A DNA stretch of 64,000 bases, from the NCBI GenBank assembly GCA_002342505.1, contig DDQB01000108.1:11046-75045 (forward strand), read 5' to 3'. The stretch is from Acidaminococcaceae bacterium UBA2453. GTDB taxonomy: Bacteria > Bacillota > Negativicutes > Acidaminococcales > Acidaminococcaceae. Numbering within the stretch: position 1 is the stretch's first letter; every line of letters begins with the position of its first letter. The notes below the pieces were generated by a model. The model saw only the letters and a program-made list of their open reading frames with translations. It made no database searches and was not told the DNA's origin. Shown piece by piece: positions 28,243 to 38,716 of this stretch. The translations under genes were made by a program, and so were the position numbers.

Positions 28243-28795
28243 ATTTTCCACCTCGTTCAACATGTGCTTTGCCCTTCATTTTAAAATGCTCCAGCTTGCT
28301 GGATGTAATCACCTTTTCAGCTGTTCCAAGCATATCGTCTTTCACAACTTTAACGGCACCGGTAGCTGTCAGGATGTCTTTTTTCTGATTCCATTCCACT
28401 TTATCAGCTTTAAGGAAACCTCCATTTTTTAAACGGGCCGTCACTCCTTTGGAAAGTTCAAACTCATTGGACTTGGGTTTAATCTTCCCTGCTTTTGCGA
28501 CGACATGCATTTCATCTCCATTACTAAGATATACAATTCCATCCAGCTCTTCTGCAACCACCAGATTATCATTGACCTGCCTGGCTTCTTTTACCTTAAG
28601 AGACCAAAGTTTTTTACCCTGCTCGTCCCGGTTCAATACAGTATCTTGTACCAAAGCCTGTATTGAATCTTTGTTGGCATTTTGGGTTTTTTTTGTTGGC
28701 TCCGGAACGTCGGCGCCCCAAAACAGCCAGGCAAAGACAAGGGCCAGAAGCCCCAAACCGGCTGCCACGGCCAGAATCGTCTTATTGTTTTTCAC
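28229..28795 (-). CDS. lptC: LptC-like protein
   Basis: Single N-terminal TM, GKKLWSL, beta-rich; GTG start behind GGAGG; synteny. Confidence 0.75.
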   Translation of the reverse strand: MKNNKTILAVAAGLGLLALVFAWLFWGADVPEPTKKTQNANKDSIQALVQDTVLNRDEQGKKLWSLKVKEARQVNDNLVVAEELDGIVYLSNGDEMHVVAKAGKIKPKSNEFELSKGVTARLKNGGFLKADKVEWNQKKDILTATGAVKVVKDDMLGTAEKVITSSKLEHFKMKGKAHVERGGKYEEK

Positions 28796-29687
28796 GGTGC
28801 CTCCGCTCCTTTTCTTTTGCTTCTTCATAAGATGTATTCCAGCGGTGCTGGAACCACAACCAGTTTTCCGGATACTCTTTGATGATCCGTTCTACCGCCT
28901 GCGTCATACGCAGGGTCAGTTTATAATCGTCGGCCTTCTGATCGCCGGTATTTTCATAATAAAAGGGTTCTTCCACAAACACCTGATGCCCATATCCGTC
29001 CGGCTTGCGGATGATAAAGATATTGATGCAGGGCGCTTTGAATTTTCTTGCAAAATATGCCGGCCCGGTAGGCGTAGAGGCCAGCTTCCCAAGGAAAGGC
29101 ACAAAGATGCCGTCGCAACCGCCGTCCTGATCGGCGATAAGCCCCAACATACGACCTTTTTTCATAGCTCGCGCACAGCCTAAAATTTCGCTGGTTCCCC
29201 GCGCAAAAATCTCCTGTCCGGCGCCTCGGCGCAATTCGTTCATAAAATCGGAATAGACCCGGTTGGGCTGCGGTTTTTCCACTGCGCTGAGGGGGAATCC
29301 GTTCAATGCCAGCGCTGCTCCCAGCCATTCCCAGTTGTCCATATGACAGGCCAGCATGACAACGCCTTTTTTCTGTTTCAGCGCTTCCCACAAAATTTCC
29401 GGATGGTCAAAGGTGACCAGCCCCCGGATATTATCTTTGTTCAATGCAGGCATATACAGCATTTCCAGACCGGATATACCTAAATTGATAAACATTTTTT
29501 TTATAACTTCCCTGGACTGTATGCGGTTGTATCCCAATCGCTCGTGAATTGTTTCCTCGGCGCGGATACGCTGTTTTTTCAACACGCGCCACAGGATATA
29601 CCCAAGTCCTTTTCCTAACTTCACCAGCAGCTTATACGGTGTATGTGAGGCCAGCCAGCTCAGCGTTTTCAATAACGCATATAACAT
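28782..29687 (-). CDS. Lipid A late acyltransferase (LpxL/HtrB family)
   Basis: HMDNWE, LIADQD, WLWFQHRW. Confidence 0.88.
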   Translation of the reverse strand: MLYALLKTLSWLASHTPYKLLVKLGKGLGYILWRVLKKQRIRAEETIHERLGYNRIQSREVIKKMFINLGISGLEMLYMPALNKDNIRGLVTFDHPEILWEALKQKKGVVMLACHMDNWEWLGAALALNGFPLSAVEKPQPNRVYSDFMNELRRGAGQEIFARGTSEILGCARAMKKGRMLGLIADQDGGCDGIFVPFLGKLASTPTGPAYFARKFKAPCINIFIIRKPDGYGHQVFVEEPFYYENTGDQKADDYKLTLRMTQAVERIIKEYPENWLWFQHRWNTSYEEAKEKERRHREKQ

Positions 29688-30247
29688 TATTGTCGATCCT
29701 CTTTTCCTTCATCACAGTATTCTTCGACAATCGTCTGCCAGATCCCTTTTGCTTTCAGGATCAGTTCCAGCAGATCGCGCACGGCGCCCTGTCCGCCGTT
29801 ATGCGGCGTAATATAATCCACCCGCTGTTTCACATCTTCGGCCGCATCGCCCGGAGCTGCGGATAACCCCACCGTCAGCAGCGCCGGAAGATCATTCAGG
29901 TCGTCGCCCATAAAGGCTATCTCTTCCATTGACAGTCCGTGCTTCTCTGCCAGTAACAGGATGGCCTGATTTTTGGCTGATATACCGCTCATTACATCTT
30001 CTGCAATACCCAATTCTTCTGCACGCCGTTGCACGATAGGGCCTTTGCGGCCAGTAATAACAGCGATGATAAGTCCGTGCCGCCTGGCGGATGTGATGCC
30101 AAGTCCGTCTTTAGCATTAAATCGTTTGAATAATTCCCCGTCGGCGCCGATGTTAATACTGCCATCGGTGAGGGTACCGTCCATATCTAAGGCCACAAGG
30201 CGGATGCAGGACGCTTTTTGCTGTAATTCTTCTAACTCTCTGCTCAT
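29687..30247 (-). CDS. kdsC: Kdo-8-phosphate phosphatase
   Basis: DMDGTLTDG, FNAKDGLG, MGDDLND, GGQGAVR. Confidence 0.9.
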   Translation of the reverse strand: MSRELEELQQKASCIRLVALDMDGTLTDGSINIGADGELFKRFNAKDGLGITSARRHGLIIAVITGRKGPIVQRRAEELGIAEDVMSGISAKNQAILLLAEKHGLSMEEIAFMGDDLNDLPALLTVGLSAAPGDAAEDVKQRVDYITPHNGGQGAVRDLLELILKAKGIWQTIVEEYCDEGKEDRQ

Positions 30248-30291
30248 AAAAACTCCTGTTTCACTGGTGTAAAACAAAGAAAAAAGGGAAC

Positions 30292-31266
30292 TTACACTAC
30301 GCCCTGGCGTACCAGGTCTGTCATATGCAGCAGACCGATCACATGCCGTTCTTCATCCAGTACGGGCAACACCGTGATAGGTTTCGGCGTATGGCTTTCC
30401 ATAATATGCAATGCCTGAGCGGCCAGCTTATCTTTCGTAATAAATTTCGGATTTTTTGTCATCAGTTCAGTAACGGGCCGTTTCAGGAAGTCCATACCTT
30501 TAGACAGGCCTCGGCGGATGTCTCCGTCAGTCAGAAGTCCGATCATGATATCGTTCTCATCCACAACAGAAACAGCGCCCAATCCTTTATCCGTAATGAC
30601 AAACAGTGCTTCTGTTACCGTCGCGGTTCCATGCACTATGGGGTTCTCGCTGCCAGAATGCATGATATTCCCTACGGTAAGAAGCAGTTTCCGCCCCAGG
30701 CTGCCTCCCGGATGAAAAACAGCAAACTGTTTTGAGGTAAAGTGGTGCTGCCCCATCAGCGCCATAGCCAGCGCATCCCCAAAGGCCAATGCCGCCGTGG
30801 TACTACTGGTCGGCGCCAGGCCCAGAGGGCAGGCTTCTCTTTTTACGCCTACATCTAACACTACGTCGGAATTTTTAGCCAGGGTTGATTCAACATTGCC
30901 TACCATGGCAATGACCTTCGCCCCGATGCGACGCAATGAAGGTAAAATATTCAGAACTTCTCCCGTTTCCCCACTGTTGGACATGGCGATAACCACATCG
31001 TTTGAGGTTACCATGCCCAGATCCCCGTGGATGCCTTCTGCCGGATGCAGGTAAAAGGACGGAGTGCCGGTACTGGCCATCGTCGCAGAAATTTTATGTG
31101 CGATGATGCCAGATTTCCCCATCCCTGTCATGACCACACGGCCCTGGCATTCCAGAATCATTGCGACCGCCGCGTCAAAGTGCTCATCTACGCGGGGAAT
31201 CAGATCCAAAATCGCCTCGGCTTCCATCTGCAGTACTTTCTGGGCATCGGTCTCCATTTCATTCAT
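30292..31266 (-). CDS. kdsD: Arabinose-5-phosphate isomerase (KpsF/GutQ; SIS plus CBS domains)
   Basis: GMGKSG, HPAEGIHGDLG, APTSSTT, FHPGGSLG. Confidence 0.92.
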   Translation of the reverse strand: MNEMETDAQKVLQMEAEAILDLIPRVDEHFDAAVAMILECQGRVVMTGMGKSGIIAHKISATMASTGTPSFYLHPAEGIHGDLGMVTSNDVVIAMSNSGETGEVLNILPSLRRIGAKVIAMVGNVESTLAKNSDVVLDVGVKREACPLGLAPTSSTTAALAFGDALAMALMGQHHFTSKQFAVFHPGGSLGRKLLLTVGNIMHSGSENPIVHGTATVTEALFVITDKGLGAVSVVDENDIMIGLLTDGDIRRGLSKGMDFLKRPVTELMTKNPKFITKDKLAAQALHIMESHTPKPITVLPVLDEERHVIGLLHMTDLVRQGVV

Positions 31267-31397
31267 AATAAATCGTATCCTTCCTGATAATAAATTCTCT
31301 TATATATAAGGATTCAAGGATTATTCCGTCTGCTATCCGCCTGCATATCCGAATCGTAACAATCAGACATAAAAAGCGGTTACGTCGCCGCCAAATA

Positions 31398-32216
31398 TTA
31401 TTTCCGCACAATCCGATCGATGGCCAGCACATCTTTTAACAATGCTTCCAGCTGGTCCAGACGTACCATATTAGGTCCATCACTGAGCGCTTTAGACGGA
31501 TCGTCGTGCACTTCCAGGAACAACGCGTCTACGCCAACGGCCGCCGCTGCCCGTGCCATGTGGGGCACGTATTGGCTCTGCCCGCCGCTGCAAGTTCCTT
31601 TTCCTCCGGGGATCTGTACGCTGTGAGTAGCGTCCATGACTACGGGATAGCCTAACTCCCGCATAATGGCCAGTCCCCTCATATCGGTCACCAATGTATT
31701 GTAGCCAAAACTGGAACCCCGTTCCGTCAACAGGATGTCACGGCAGCCTGCTGCTTCCAGTTTGGAAATTACATTCTTCATATCCCAGGGCGCCAGAAAC
31801 TGTCCTTTTTTCACATTAACGCATTTACCAGTCTTCCCCGCTGCATAAACCAGATCTGTCTGACGGCAGAGAAACGCAGGAATCTGCAGAACATCTAACA
31901 CTTCCGCCGCTTTCTCCACCTGATATGTCTCATGGATATCGCTGACAATGGGTACCCCCAGTTCTTTTTTTATCGCAGCCAGCTGTTTCAGCCCCTCATC
32001 CAGTCCCGGACCCCTGAATGAATCATAGGACGAACGGTTTGCTTTGTCGAAAGATGCTTTAAATACATAGGGTATGCCTAATTTTTCACAGATTCGTTTC
32101 ACTTCCTGCCCGATGGCCAGGCTGTGCTCGTAACCTTCCAGCACGCAGGGGCCTGCCAACAGCAGCATGGGCTGCCCGGGACCAACTTTATAAGGTCCTA
32201 CGTTAATCGTATGCAT
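31398..32216 (-). CDS. kdsA: Kdo-8-phosphate synthase
   Basis: [37 protein letters not shown]. Confidence 0.95.
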   Translation of the reverse strand: MHTINVGPYKVGPGQPMLLLAGPCVLEGYEHSLAIGQEVKRICEKLGIPYVFKASFDKANRSSYDSFRGPGLDEGLKQLAAIKKELGVPIVSDIHETYQVEKAAEVLDVLQIPAFLCRQTDLVYAAGKTGKCVNVKKGQFLAPWDMKNVISKLEAAGCRDILLTERGSSFGYNTLVTDMRGLAIMRELGYPVVMDATHSVQIPGGKGTCSGGQSQYVPHMARAAAAVGVDALFLEVHDDPSKALSDGPNMVRLDQLEALLKDVLAIDRIVRK

Positions 32217-32944
32217 CAGTTTCCTCCCAAAATCTTATTTACTGCTTCCAGATCCGCCTGAGTGTCTACACCTACGCCCTGGAAACTGCTCTCCAACACT
32301 TTGATCTTATATCCGTTTTCCAACACTCGCAGCTGCTCCAGACTTTCTACCTGTTCCAACGGAGTAGGCGCCATAGCCGCGTACTGCATCAGAAAAGTCC
32401 GGGTATATGCGTAGATGCCAACATGCTTGTACACTTTGAACAGATTAGATTTATTACGGGGATATGGCAACAGGCTGCGGGAAAAATACAGGGCGTACCC
32501 GTTTTGATCCGTTACCACTTTCACAGCGGACGGATCGCCGTATTCGCTTTCCTGCATCTGCGCTTTCATGGTTGCCATTTTCAATTCCGGCTCTTCCGCA
32601 AAAGCATTGGCCAACCGATCGATAATCTCCGGCGGGATCATGGGTTCGTCTCCCTGTACATTAACAATCACATCCGCATCCGGATATTTTTCCGCTACTT
32701 CCGCCAAGCGACTGGTCCCATTTGGATGATCTTCCCTTGTCATGCAGGCGTTGCCCCCAAAAGCCAGCACCGTATCATAGACGCGGGCGTCATCCGTTGC
32801 AACGATAACTTCCGTTGGGATTTCCGCCTTTTTTGCCTGTTCGTAGACCCACTGGATCATAGGCCTTCCTGCAATCAGCTTCAACGGTTTACCCGGCAGT
32901 CGGGTCGACGCATACCGCGCCGGTATTACACAGATTACTTTCAT
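32216..32944 (-). CDS. kdsB: CMP-Kdo synthetase
   Basis: [36 protein letters not shown]. Confidence 0.95.
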   Translation of the reverse strand: MKVICVIPARYASTRLPGKPLKLIAGRPMIQWVYEQAKKAEIPTEVIVATDDARVYDTVLAFGGNACMTREDHPNGTSRLAEVAEKYPDADVIVNVQGDEPMIPPEIIDRLANAFAEEPELKMATMKAQMQESEYGDPSAVKVVTDQNGYALYFSRSLLPYPRNKSNLFKVYKHVGIYAYTRTFLMQYAAMAPTPLEQVESLEQLRVLENGYKIKVLESSFQGVGVDTQADLEAVNKILGGN

Positions 32945-32978
32945 ACTCTTTTCTCTCCTTGTATCATAAAACCACCGC

Positions 32979-35534
32979 TTATTTATTTGCCTTCTGTTTT
33001 CTGGCCAGAACCCGTTTCACGGTGTCTTCCAGTTTTTTGTCAAAAGTTTCTTCATTCTGTGTGATCATTATGTCCATGTTCATGACATATAGCGGTATCT
33101 CCCGGCTAAAATAGATGAATTCCGTGGGAATCTTAACCGCGTCCTTGCCTGTGGTGATCAGCGCATCCGCTTTCAATTTTTCCGCCCTCTCTGCGATATA
33201 CTGCATTTCTAACATACCGTAATCATGATGATCGGGGTATCGGATTGCTTCCACGATTTCCAACCCGCAACCAGAGACATTCTGTTCAAAAGAAGATGGA
33301 TTGCCGATAGCTGAGAAGACCATGACCCGTTTTCCTTCTAATTCTTCTAAGGGCAGAGGATTCTGCTGAATCCCCTTATACCAGTCTGCAATCTCCACAA
33401 ACTCTTTTGCATGATGGATACTTTCCACAATAGGCGCTTCCGTATTATACTGCCGGATGTTATCCATCAGGCTTGTCCGTATCAGCTGGGAACTCTGATC
33501 TGATTTGGTAAAGAGGAACATGTCTGCGCGATCAAGATGGCTAAGTGGTTCGCGCAGGATGCCCCGGGGCAGCAGATATCCATTTCCGAATTGGTTAAGC
33601 GTATCCACCAGGACAATATCCAGATCCCGGTTTACCTGCCAGTGCTGGTACCCATCGTCCATGATGATTACTTCTGCGTCCAATTTATCCACCGCATACC
33701 GGCCGGTCACATCACGGTTTTTTCCAATGACGACCGGAATATCTGACATCATCTTGGCCATCAGGTAGGCTTCGTCGCCCGCTTCATAACTGGTCATGTA
33801 AATCTTCTTGCCGTCCGAGACAACGCCCAACGGTTTATCCCAGTGGGAACGATACCCGCGGTTCAAAATGACGACACGGTATCCCATTTTCTGAATCATC
33901 TTGGCCACACGCTGCGCGGTAGGAGTCTTACCAGTACCGCCTACGGTGATATTACCGATAGAAATGACACAGCAGTCCAGCCTGCTCCGGGACAAAATAC
34001 CCGCTTCATACAGCCACAGATTGACTCGGGCGCCAAATCCATAGAGGTAAGACAGTCCACGCAGGAATCCCAGCAGGATAAAAGCATACCAAGGCCGTTC
34101 CGGCGCGTGAGCCAGATGGAAAATATACTGGCTGATGGCAGCGCCGTGTTTCAGACCACCGCCTCCAACATCATTAAAGTTACGGGTATTGATTGGATAT
34201 TCTTTCGTATAAGCGCGGGGGATCGCAGCCTTATCCAGCAGATCCTTCAGATAATGCATGGTATTCAGTGCAGCGCCGCGATTCTCCCGGATGACCTGAA
34301 TAGAAGCCTCTCCCATCCTCTTACGAAGAGCATCGTTTTCTGCAATTTCCAGAAATTCCTTTCCCAGCTCTCTGGCATCATGTACCGTACGGCAGGCGCC
34401 AGCCTTTGTCAACAGTGCGTAGGAATCCTTAAAGCTCAGCATGCTGGGACCCACCAGGATCGGTTTGGCATGAGCTGCCGGCTCCAGTACGTTATGACCG
34501 CCGTACCCTCTTTTCAGGCTGCCGCCCACGAAAACGATATCGCCCACTGCATAAATACGTCCCAGTTCGCCGATGGTATCTATCATCACCACAGGATAGG
34601 CCGGCCGTTTTCCTTTCATTTCTTTCAGTCTGGAACGAAGCCCGGTTTCGTAACCGAATTTACTGTTCAACCGCTTAATATCATCTACACGGCTCGTCTT
34701 ACGGGGAGCCATGATAAGCCTTGCTTTGGGATATTTTTGGCGCAATTCAGTAAAGGCCGTTAGCACCGCTTCTTCTTCCGGCGAATGAGTAGATCCTGCC
34801 ACAACAACAGGAAACGAATCCTCGTCCAATCCCAGCTCCGTCTTATATGTTTCCAGATTTTCCGGAGTCACCGCCGCATAGGTCTGGTCAAATTTTGTAT
34901 TACCTGTCACAAAGATTTTTTTAGAATCTGCGCCAAGATGAGTAATATAATTAGCGTCAATACTGGACTGCATACAGAAACGGCTCACGGTTCGCAGCAT
35001 GTCTCGCCAGATGCTGAACAGATAATGATATGTCTTGACCGACCTTTCGGAAATACGGCCGTTTACCATCATCACAGGAATGTTCCGCTCCCGGACAGCC
35101 TTCAAGAAGTTAGGCCACAGTTCCGTCTCGACCGGCAGGAAAATGCCAGGCTGCACACGACGTACAACAGATTCCGCCACCCAAGGCAGATCCAGCGGGA
35201 AATAAATGTAACTGTCTGCTTCCGGGATAATCTGTTTTGCCATATTGTAGCCACCCACGGTAAAAGCAGATACCAGCACTTTCCGCTCCGGCATCACTTT
35301 TTTGATTTCTTTTACAATCGGACTGGTCGCTACAATTTCACCTATCGATGCACCATGGATCCAGATGCAATCGGCATTCATCACATCAGCAATCTCTTCC
35401 CTGCGGATCAAACCGATACTCTGCCGAAACCATCTGACAGATCCCTTTTCCTCAAACAGGCAATAAATAAAAAAGGGCAATCCCATGATGAAAAATATAA
35501 GCAGGACTAATATATCATAAAGAAAATACATCAT
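32979..35534 (-). CDS. lpxK: Fused Kdo transferase (WaaA/KdtA) and tetraacyldisaccharide 4'-kinase (LpxK)
   Basis: N half: IWIHGASIGE, ETELWPN, GGHNVLEPA; C half: SIGNITVGGTGKTP, MDDGYQH, LLPRGILREP, YPDHH; one continuous 851-aa ORF. Confidence 0.92.
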   Translation of the reverse strand: MMYFLYDILVLLIFFIMGLPFFIYCLFEEKGSVRWFRQSIGLIRREEIADVMNADCIWIHGASIGEIVATSPIVKEIKKVMPERKVLVSAFTVGGYNMAKQIIPEADSYIYFPLDLPWVAESVVRRVQPGIFLPVETELWPNFLKAVRERNIPVMMVNGRISERSVKTYHYLFSIWRDMLRTVSRFCMQSSIDANYITHLGADSKKIFVTGNTKFDQTYAAVTPENLETYKTELGLDEDSFPVVVAGSTHSPEEEAVLTAFTELRQKYPKARLIMAPRKTSRVDDIKRLNSKFGYETGLRSRLKEMKGKRPAYPVVMIDTIGELGRIYAVGDIVFVGGSLKRGYGGHNVLEPAAHAKPILVGPSMLSFKDSYALLTKAGACRTVHDARELGKEFLEIAENDALRKRMGEASIQVIRENRGAALNTMHYLKDLLDKAAIPRAYTKEYPINTRNFNDVGGGGLKHGAAISQYIFHLAHAPERPWYAFILLGFLRGLSYLYGFGARVNLWLYEAGILSRSRLDCCVISIGNITVGGTGKTPTAQRVAKMIQKMGYRVVILNRGYRSHWDKPLGVVSDGKKIYMTSYEAGDEAYLMAKMMSDIPVVIGKNRDVTGRYAVDKLDAEVIIMDDGYQHWQVNRDLDIVLVDTLNQFGNGYLLPRGILREPLSHLDRADMFLFTKSDQSSQLIRTSLMDNIRQYNTEAPIVESIHHAKEFVEIADWYKGIQQNPLPLEELEGKRVMVFSAIGNPSSFEQNVSGCGLEIVEAIRYPDHHDYGMLEMQYIAERAEKLKADALITTGKDAVKIPTEFIYFSREIPLYVMNMDIMITQNEETFDKKLEDTVKRVLARKQKANK

Positions 35535-35543
35535 AGGCTATAA

Positions 35544-37280
35544 TCAGCTCTCTTCCTTGTTGTTGTAGTACTGGATCTGGTACAGATGCGCATACAATCC
35601 ATTCTTTTTCATGAGTTCTTCATGCGTGCCGTCCTCGGCCAGACTTCCTTTTTCCATTACAAGAATCCGGTCTGCATTCTTTATCGTAGACAGCCGATGA
35701 GCAATGACTAAAGCCGTTCGCCCTACCATCAGCCGATTCAACGCTTCCTGCACCAGACGTTCGCTTTCCGTATCCAGCGCGGAAGTGGCTTCGTCCAGAA
35801 TCAGGATGCGCGGATTTTTCAGAATTGCCCTTGCAATCGCAATGCGTTGCCGCTGTCCGCCGGAAATATTTACACCCCGATCCCCCAGCATCGTTTCATA
35901 TCCTTGTGGAAGTTCCATTATAAAGTCATGGGCATTGGCCGCTTTGGCTGCCGCTTCAATTTCTTCTTTTGTCGCATCCAGTCTGCCATACAGGATATTG
36001 TCATAAACGGTACCGTTAAACAGGATGGTTTCCTGGGGCACGATACCGACCTGAGCCCGCAGTGAATCCAGCGTTACCTGTTTAATGTCTGTACCATCTA
36101 TCCTGATTACACCTTCATCACAGTTATAGAAACGGGGAAGCAGGCTGGCAATAGTAGATTTCCCGGCTCCGGAAGGCCCTACCAGCCCCACCACCTGTCC
36201 CGGTTTCACGTCAAAGCTCAGATCATGGATAATTTGATCGCCTTTATTGTAAGAAAAAGTTACATGTTCAAAACTTACGGTACCTGTCACCGACGGCAGT
36301 GCTTTAGCGCCAGGCAGGTCTTTGACTTCTTCTTTCAGATCAAGTATTCCGAAAACACGCTGAGCGGCAGCCAACGCTTTCTGGATATTCCCAATAGTAC
36401 GGGTAATACGTTTGATAGGATTTGAAATATTTACTGCATATGCCAAAAAAGCGACAAGGGAACCTGCCGTAGTTTCTCCTTTAATTACATTATTACCACC
36501 ATACCAAATAATCAGGGTAACACCTAAGGCTGCCACGAATTCAATGGTTGGAGTGAGTGTCGCCATATACTTGGCATTTTTTAAGTTCGCCCTGAGGTTT
36601 TCCTCATTCTCCTTTTCAAACCGGTCAATTTCATACTGTTCTCTGACAAAAGACTTTACCACCCGCGCAGAACTTACCGCTTCCTGCAGAACGGACGTGA
36701 TATCAGCCGTCGATGCCTGAATCAGCCCGCCGGAACTGCGAATCTTCTTGCCAAAAAAATTCATGAAGAAAAGCACTGCCGGAAATGTCAGAATCGTGAA
36801 AACCGTAAGTTTCCAGTCCAGGTAAACCATGGCGCAAATAGAGCCTATCAGAATAAAGCTTTCCGTAACCAGATCAATGGTGTTGTCTACCATGGCTCCC
36901 TGCAATGCATTAACATCATTGGTCACATAACTCATGATCGTGCCAGTCTTATTTTTATCATAAAAAGACATGGAAAGCCGCTGCAGCTTGCGGAACACTT
37001 CGGTCCGGATATCGATAATGACATGCTGTCCTACCCAGTTCATAAGGTAACTCTGCCCATAAAAGAAGATGCCGCGGAGCAGAAAGATCACAACGATACT
37101 GATTGAAATCATATTCAGCCTGAAAGCGTCTTTGGCGTTCAGCACATCATCAATCATATCACGAAAAATCCAGGGCAGATACAGATTACCTCCTGCAGCC
37201 AGTACGGTACACACAATAGCTGCAAGCAATACATGCCAATATGGTTTTATATAAAGTAACAGACGTTTATACAAATTCAT
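35544..37280 (-). CDS. msbA: Lipid A flippase ABC transporter
   Basis: 6-TM plus NBD, GPSGAGKST, SGGQRQR, LDEATSALD; lies between lpxB and waaA-lpxK. Confidence 0.88.
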   Translation of the reverse strand: MNLYKRLLLYIKPYWHVLLAAIVCTVLAAGGNLYLPWIFRDMIDDVLNAKDAFRLNMISISIVVIFLLRGIFFYGQSYLMNWVGQHVIIDIRTEVFRKLQRLSMSFYDKNKTGTIMSYVTNDVNALQGAMVDNTIDLVTESFILIGSICAMVYLDWKLTVFTILTFPAVLFFMNFFGKKIRSSGGLIQASTADITSVLQEAVSSARVVKSFVREQYEIDRFEKENEENLRANLKNAKYMATLTPTIEFVAALGVTLIIWYGGNNVIKGETTAGSLVAFLAYAVNISNPIKRITRTIGNIQKALAAAQRVFGILDLKEEVKDLPGAKALPSVTGTVSFEHVTFSYNKGDQIIHDLSFDVKPGQVVGLVGPSGAGKSTIASLLPRFYNCDEGVIRIDGTDIKQVTLDSLRAQVGIVPQETILFNGTVYDNILYGRLDATKEEIEAAAKAANAHDFIMELPQGYETMLGDRGVNISGGQRQRIAIARAILKNPRILILDEATSALDTESERLVQEALNRLMVGRTALVIAHRLSTIKNADRILVMEKGSLAEDGTHEELMKKNGLYAHLYQIQYYNNKEES

Positions 37281-37309
37281 GAAAACTCCTAATAATTCCT
37301 TTAGCTTTA

Positions 37310-38470
37310 TTATGAAAGAATTTGTAATGCTTCTTCCTGATGTTCCCGGGCCATGCGCAGCACCAGTTCCGCCACCCGTTTTACAGCGCCAGGTTCACCC
37401 AGTTTTTCTTTAACTTCCCTCAAATCTTTCTGCAGCTGCGCAAAGCGGAGCGGCTCCAGCATCTCCAATGCAACGGATACGATAGTTCCCGGCGTACAGT
37501 CATCCTGCAGCAATTCCGGTTCGATCAGTCTTCCTGCCACAATGTTAGGCAGGCCGATATGGGGAATTTCTACCACCCGTTTGGCAATCCAGAAGCTTAC
37601 CGGCGAAGATTTATACAAAATGATACATCCAAGCCCGCACAATGCCGCTTCCAGCGTAACGGTACCGCTGGTAGCAATAGCAAAATCCGCCACGCTCATG
37701 ATGTCATAATTGTGATCTTCCGTAAGCGTCACTTCCAGACCAGCTTCTTTAATCGAATGTTCCAATGTTTCCCTGGCAATGGTTGCCGCCCGGGGCATGG
37801 CAAAATCAAATTCCGGCCGTTTTTGTTTTAAAATCTTTGCTGCCGCTAACATCTCCGGCAAAAGGCGTCGTATCTCCATTTCCCGACTGCCCGGCATTAA
37901 CAGGATAAGAGGATGTCCTTGCCGTTTTCCCGCCAGCTTTTCCGCTGCACTTCGGGGCAGGGAAGGTTTCACCGTATCCACCAATGGATGACCCACAAAT
38001 TCAAGATCTGCGCCGTAGGATTTGTACAGATCATATTCAAAAGGAAAGATGGATGCAATCTTATCCACTACCTTCACCACACCGGCGGCCCGACTGGGTC
38101 TCCACGCCCAGGCAGACGGCGCGATAAAAGATACCACCTTTATCCCCCGTTCTTTGGCAAGTTTCGCCAGCCGCATATTGAATCCGGGATAATCAATAGT
38201 CAGAAGCACATCCGGTTTCCGCCTTTCCATCAATTTGATGAAATCACTGCGCAGTTTCCAGATGTCCGGCAATTTTTTTAACACTTCCACAAAACCCATA
38301 ACACTGTGGTCTTTAATGTCGAACAGGACCTCGCCACCGGCTTGACGCAAGCAGTCGCCGCCCATGCCAAACACTTCGGCTTCCGGATTCAGTTGTTTAA
38401 TAGCCCGGGTCACTGCTCCGGCATGCAGATCGCCGGAAGCTTCCCCTGCGGAAATTAAAATCTTTGTCAT
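37310..38470 (-). CDS. lpxB: Lipid A disaccharide synthase
   Basis: SAGEASGD, IDYPGFN, PSAWAWR, MPGSR, SGTVTLE, LPNI. Confidence 0.95.
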   Translation of the reverse strand: MTKILISAGEASGDLHAGAVTRAIKQLNPEAEVFGMGGDCLRQAGGEVLFDIKDHSVMGFVEVLKKLPDIWKLRSDFIKLMERRKPDVLLTIDYPGFNMRLAKLAKERGIKVVSFIAPSAWAWRPSRAAGVVKVVDKIASIFPFEYDLYKSYGADLEFVGHPLVDTVKPSLPRSAAEKLAGKRQGHPLILLMPGSREMEIRRLLPEMLAAAKILKQKRPEFDFAMPRAATIARETLEHSIKEAGLEVTLTEDHNYDIMSVADFAIATSGTVTLEAALCGLGCIILYKSSPVSFWIAKRVVEIPHIGLPNIVAGRLIEPELLQDDCTPGTIVSVALEMLEPLRFAQLQKDLREVKEKLGEPGAVKRVAELVLRMAREHQEEALQILS

Positions 38471-38611
38471 AATTCCTCTATGTTGTTCTGTCAGCTCCAA
38501 ATCGGGTTCACCCATACACATGACACGATTAATTACGCATTCACCTTTTCAAGTGTCCATAAACTGACAGATCCCTATTTTTATACATACTAAATCATCT
38601 TATTATAACAC

Positions 38612-38642
38612 AAAAAAGCAGCTGAATAAACCTTTCAGCTGC
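38612..38642 (-). terminator. Terminator after lpxI, followed by an extended -10 restart promoter for lpxB
   Basis: gcagctgaa-aggttta-ttcagctgc-TTTTTT; TGTTATAAT at ~38602-38610. Confidence 0.7.
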
Positions 38643-38716
38643 TCATTCCATAAATATTTTACTTTTATTTTCTTCTTTGCAAAACACTTTCTAAACGATT
38701 GACGCTTCACAACGTT

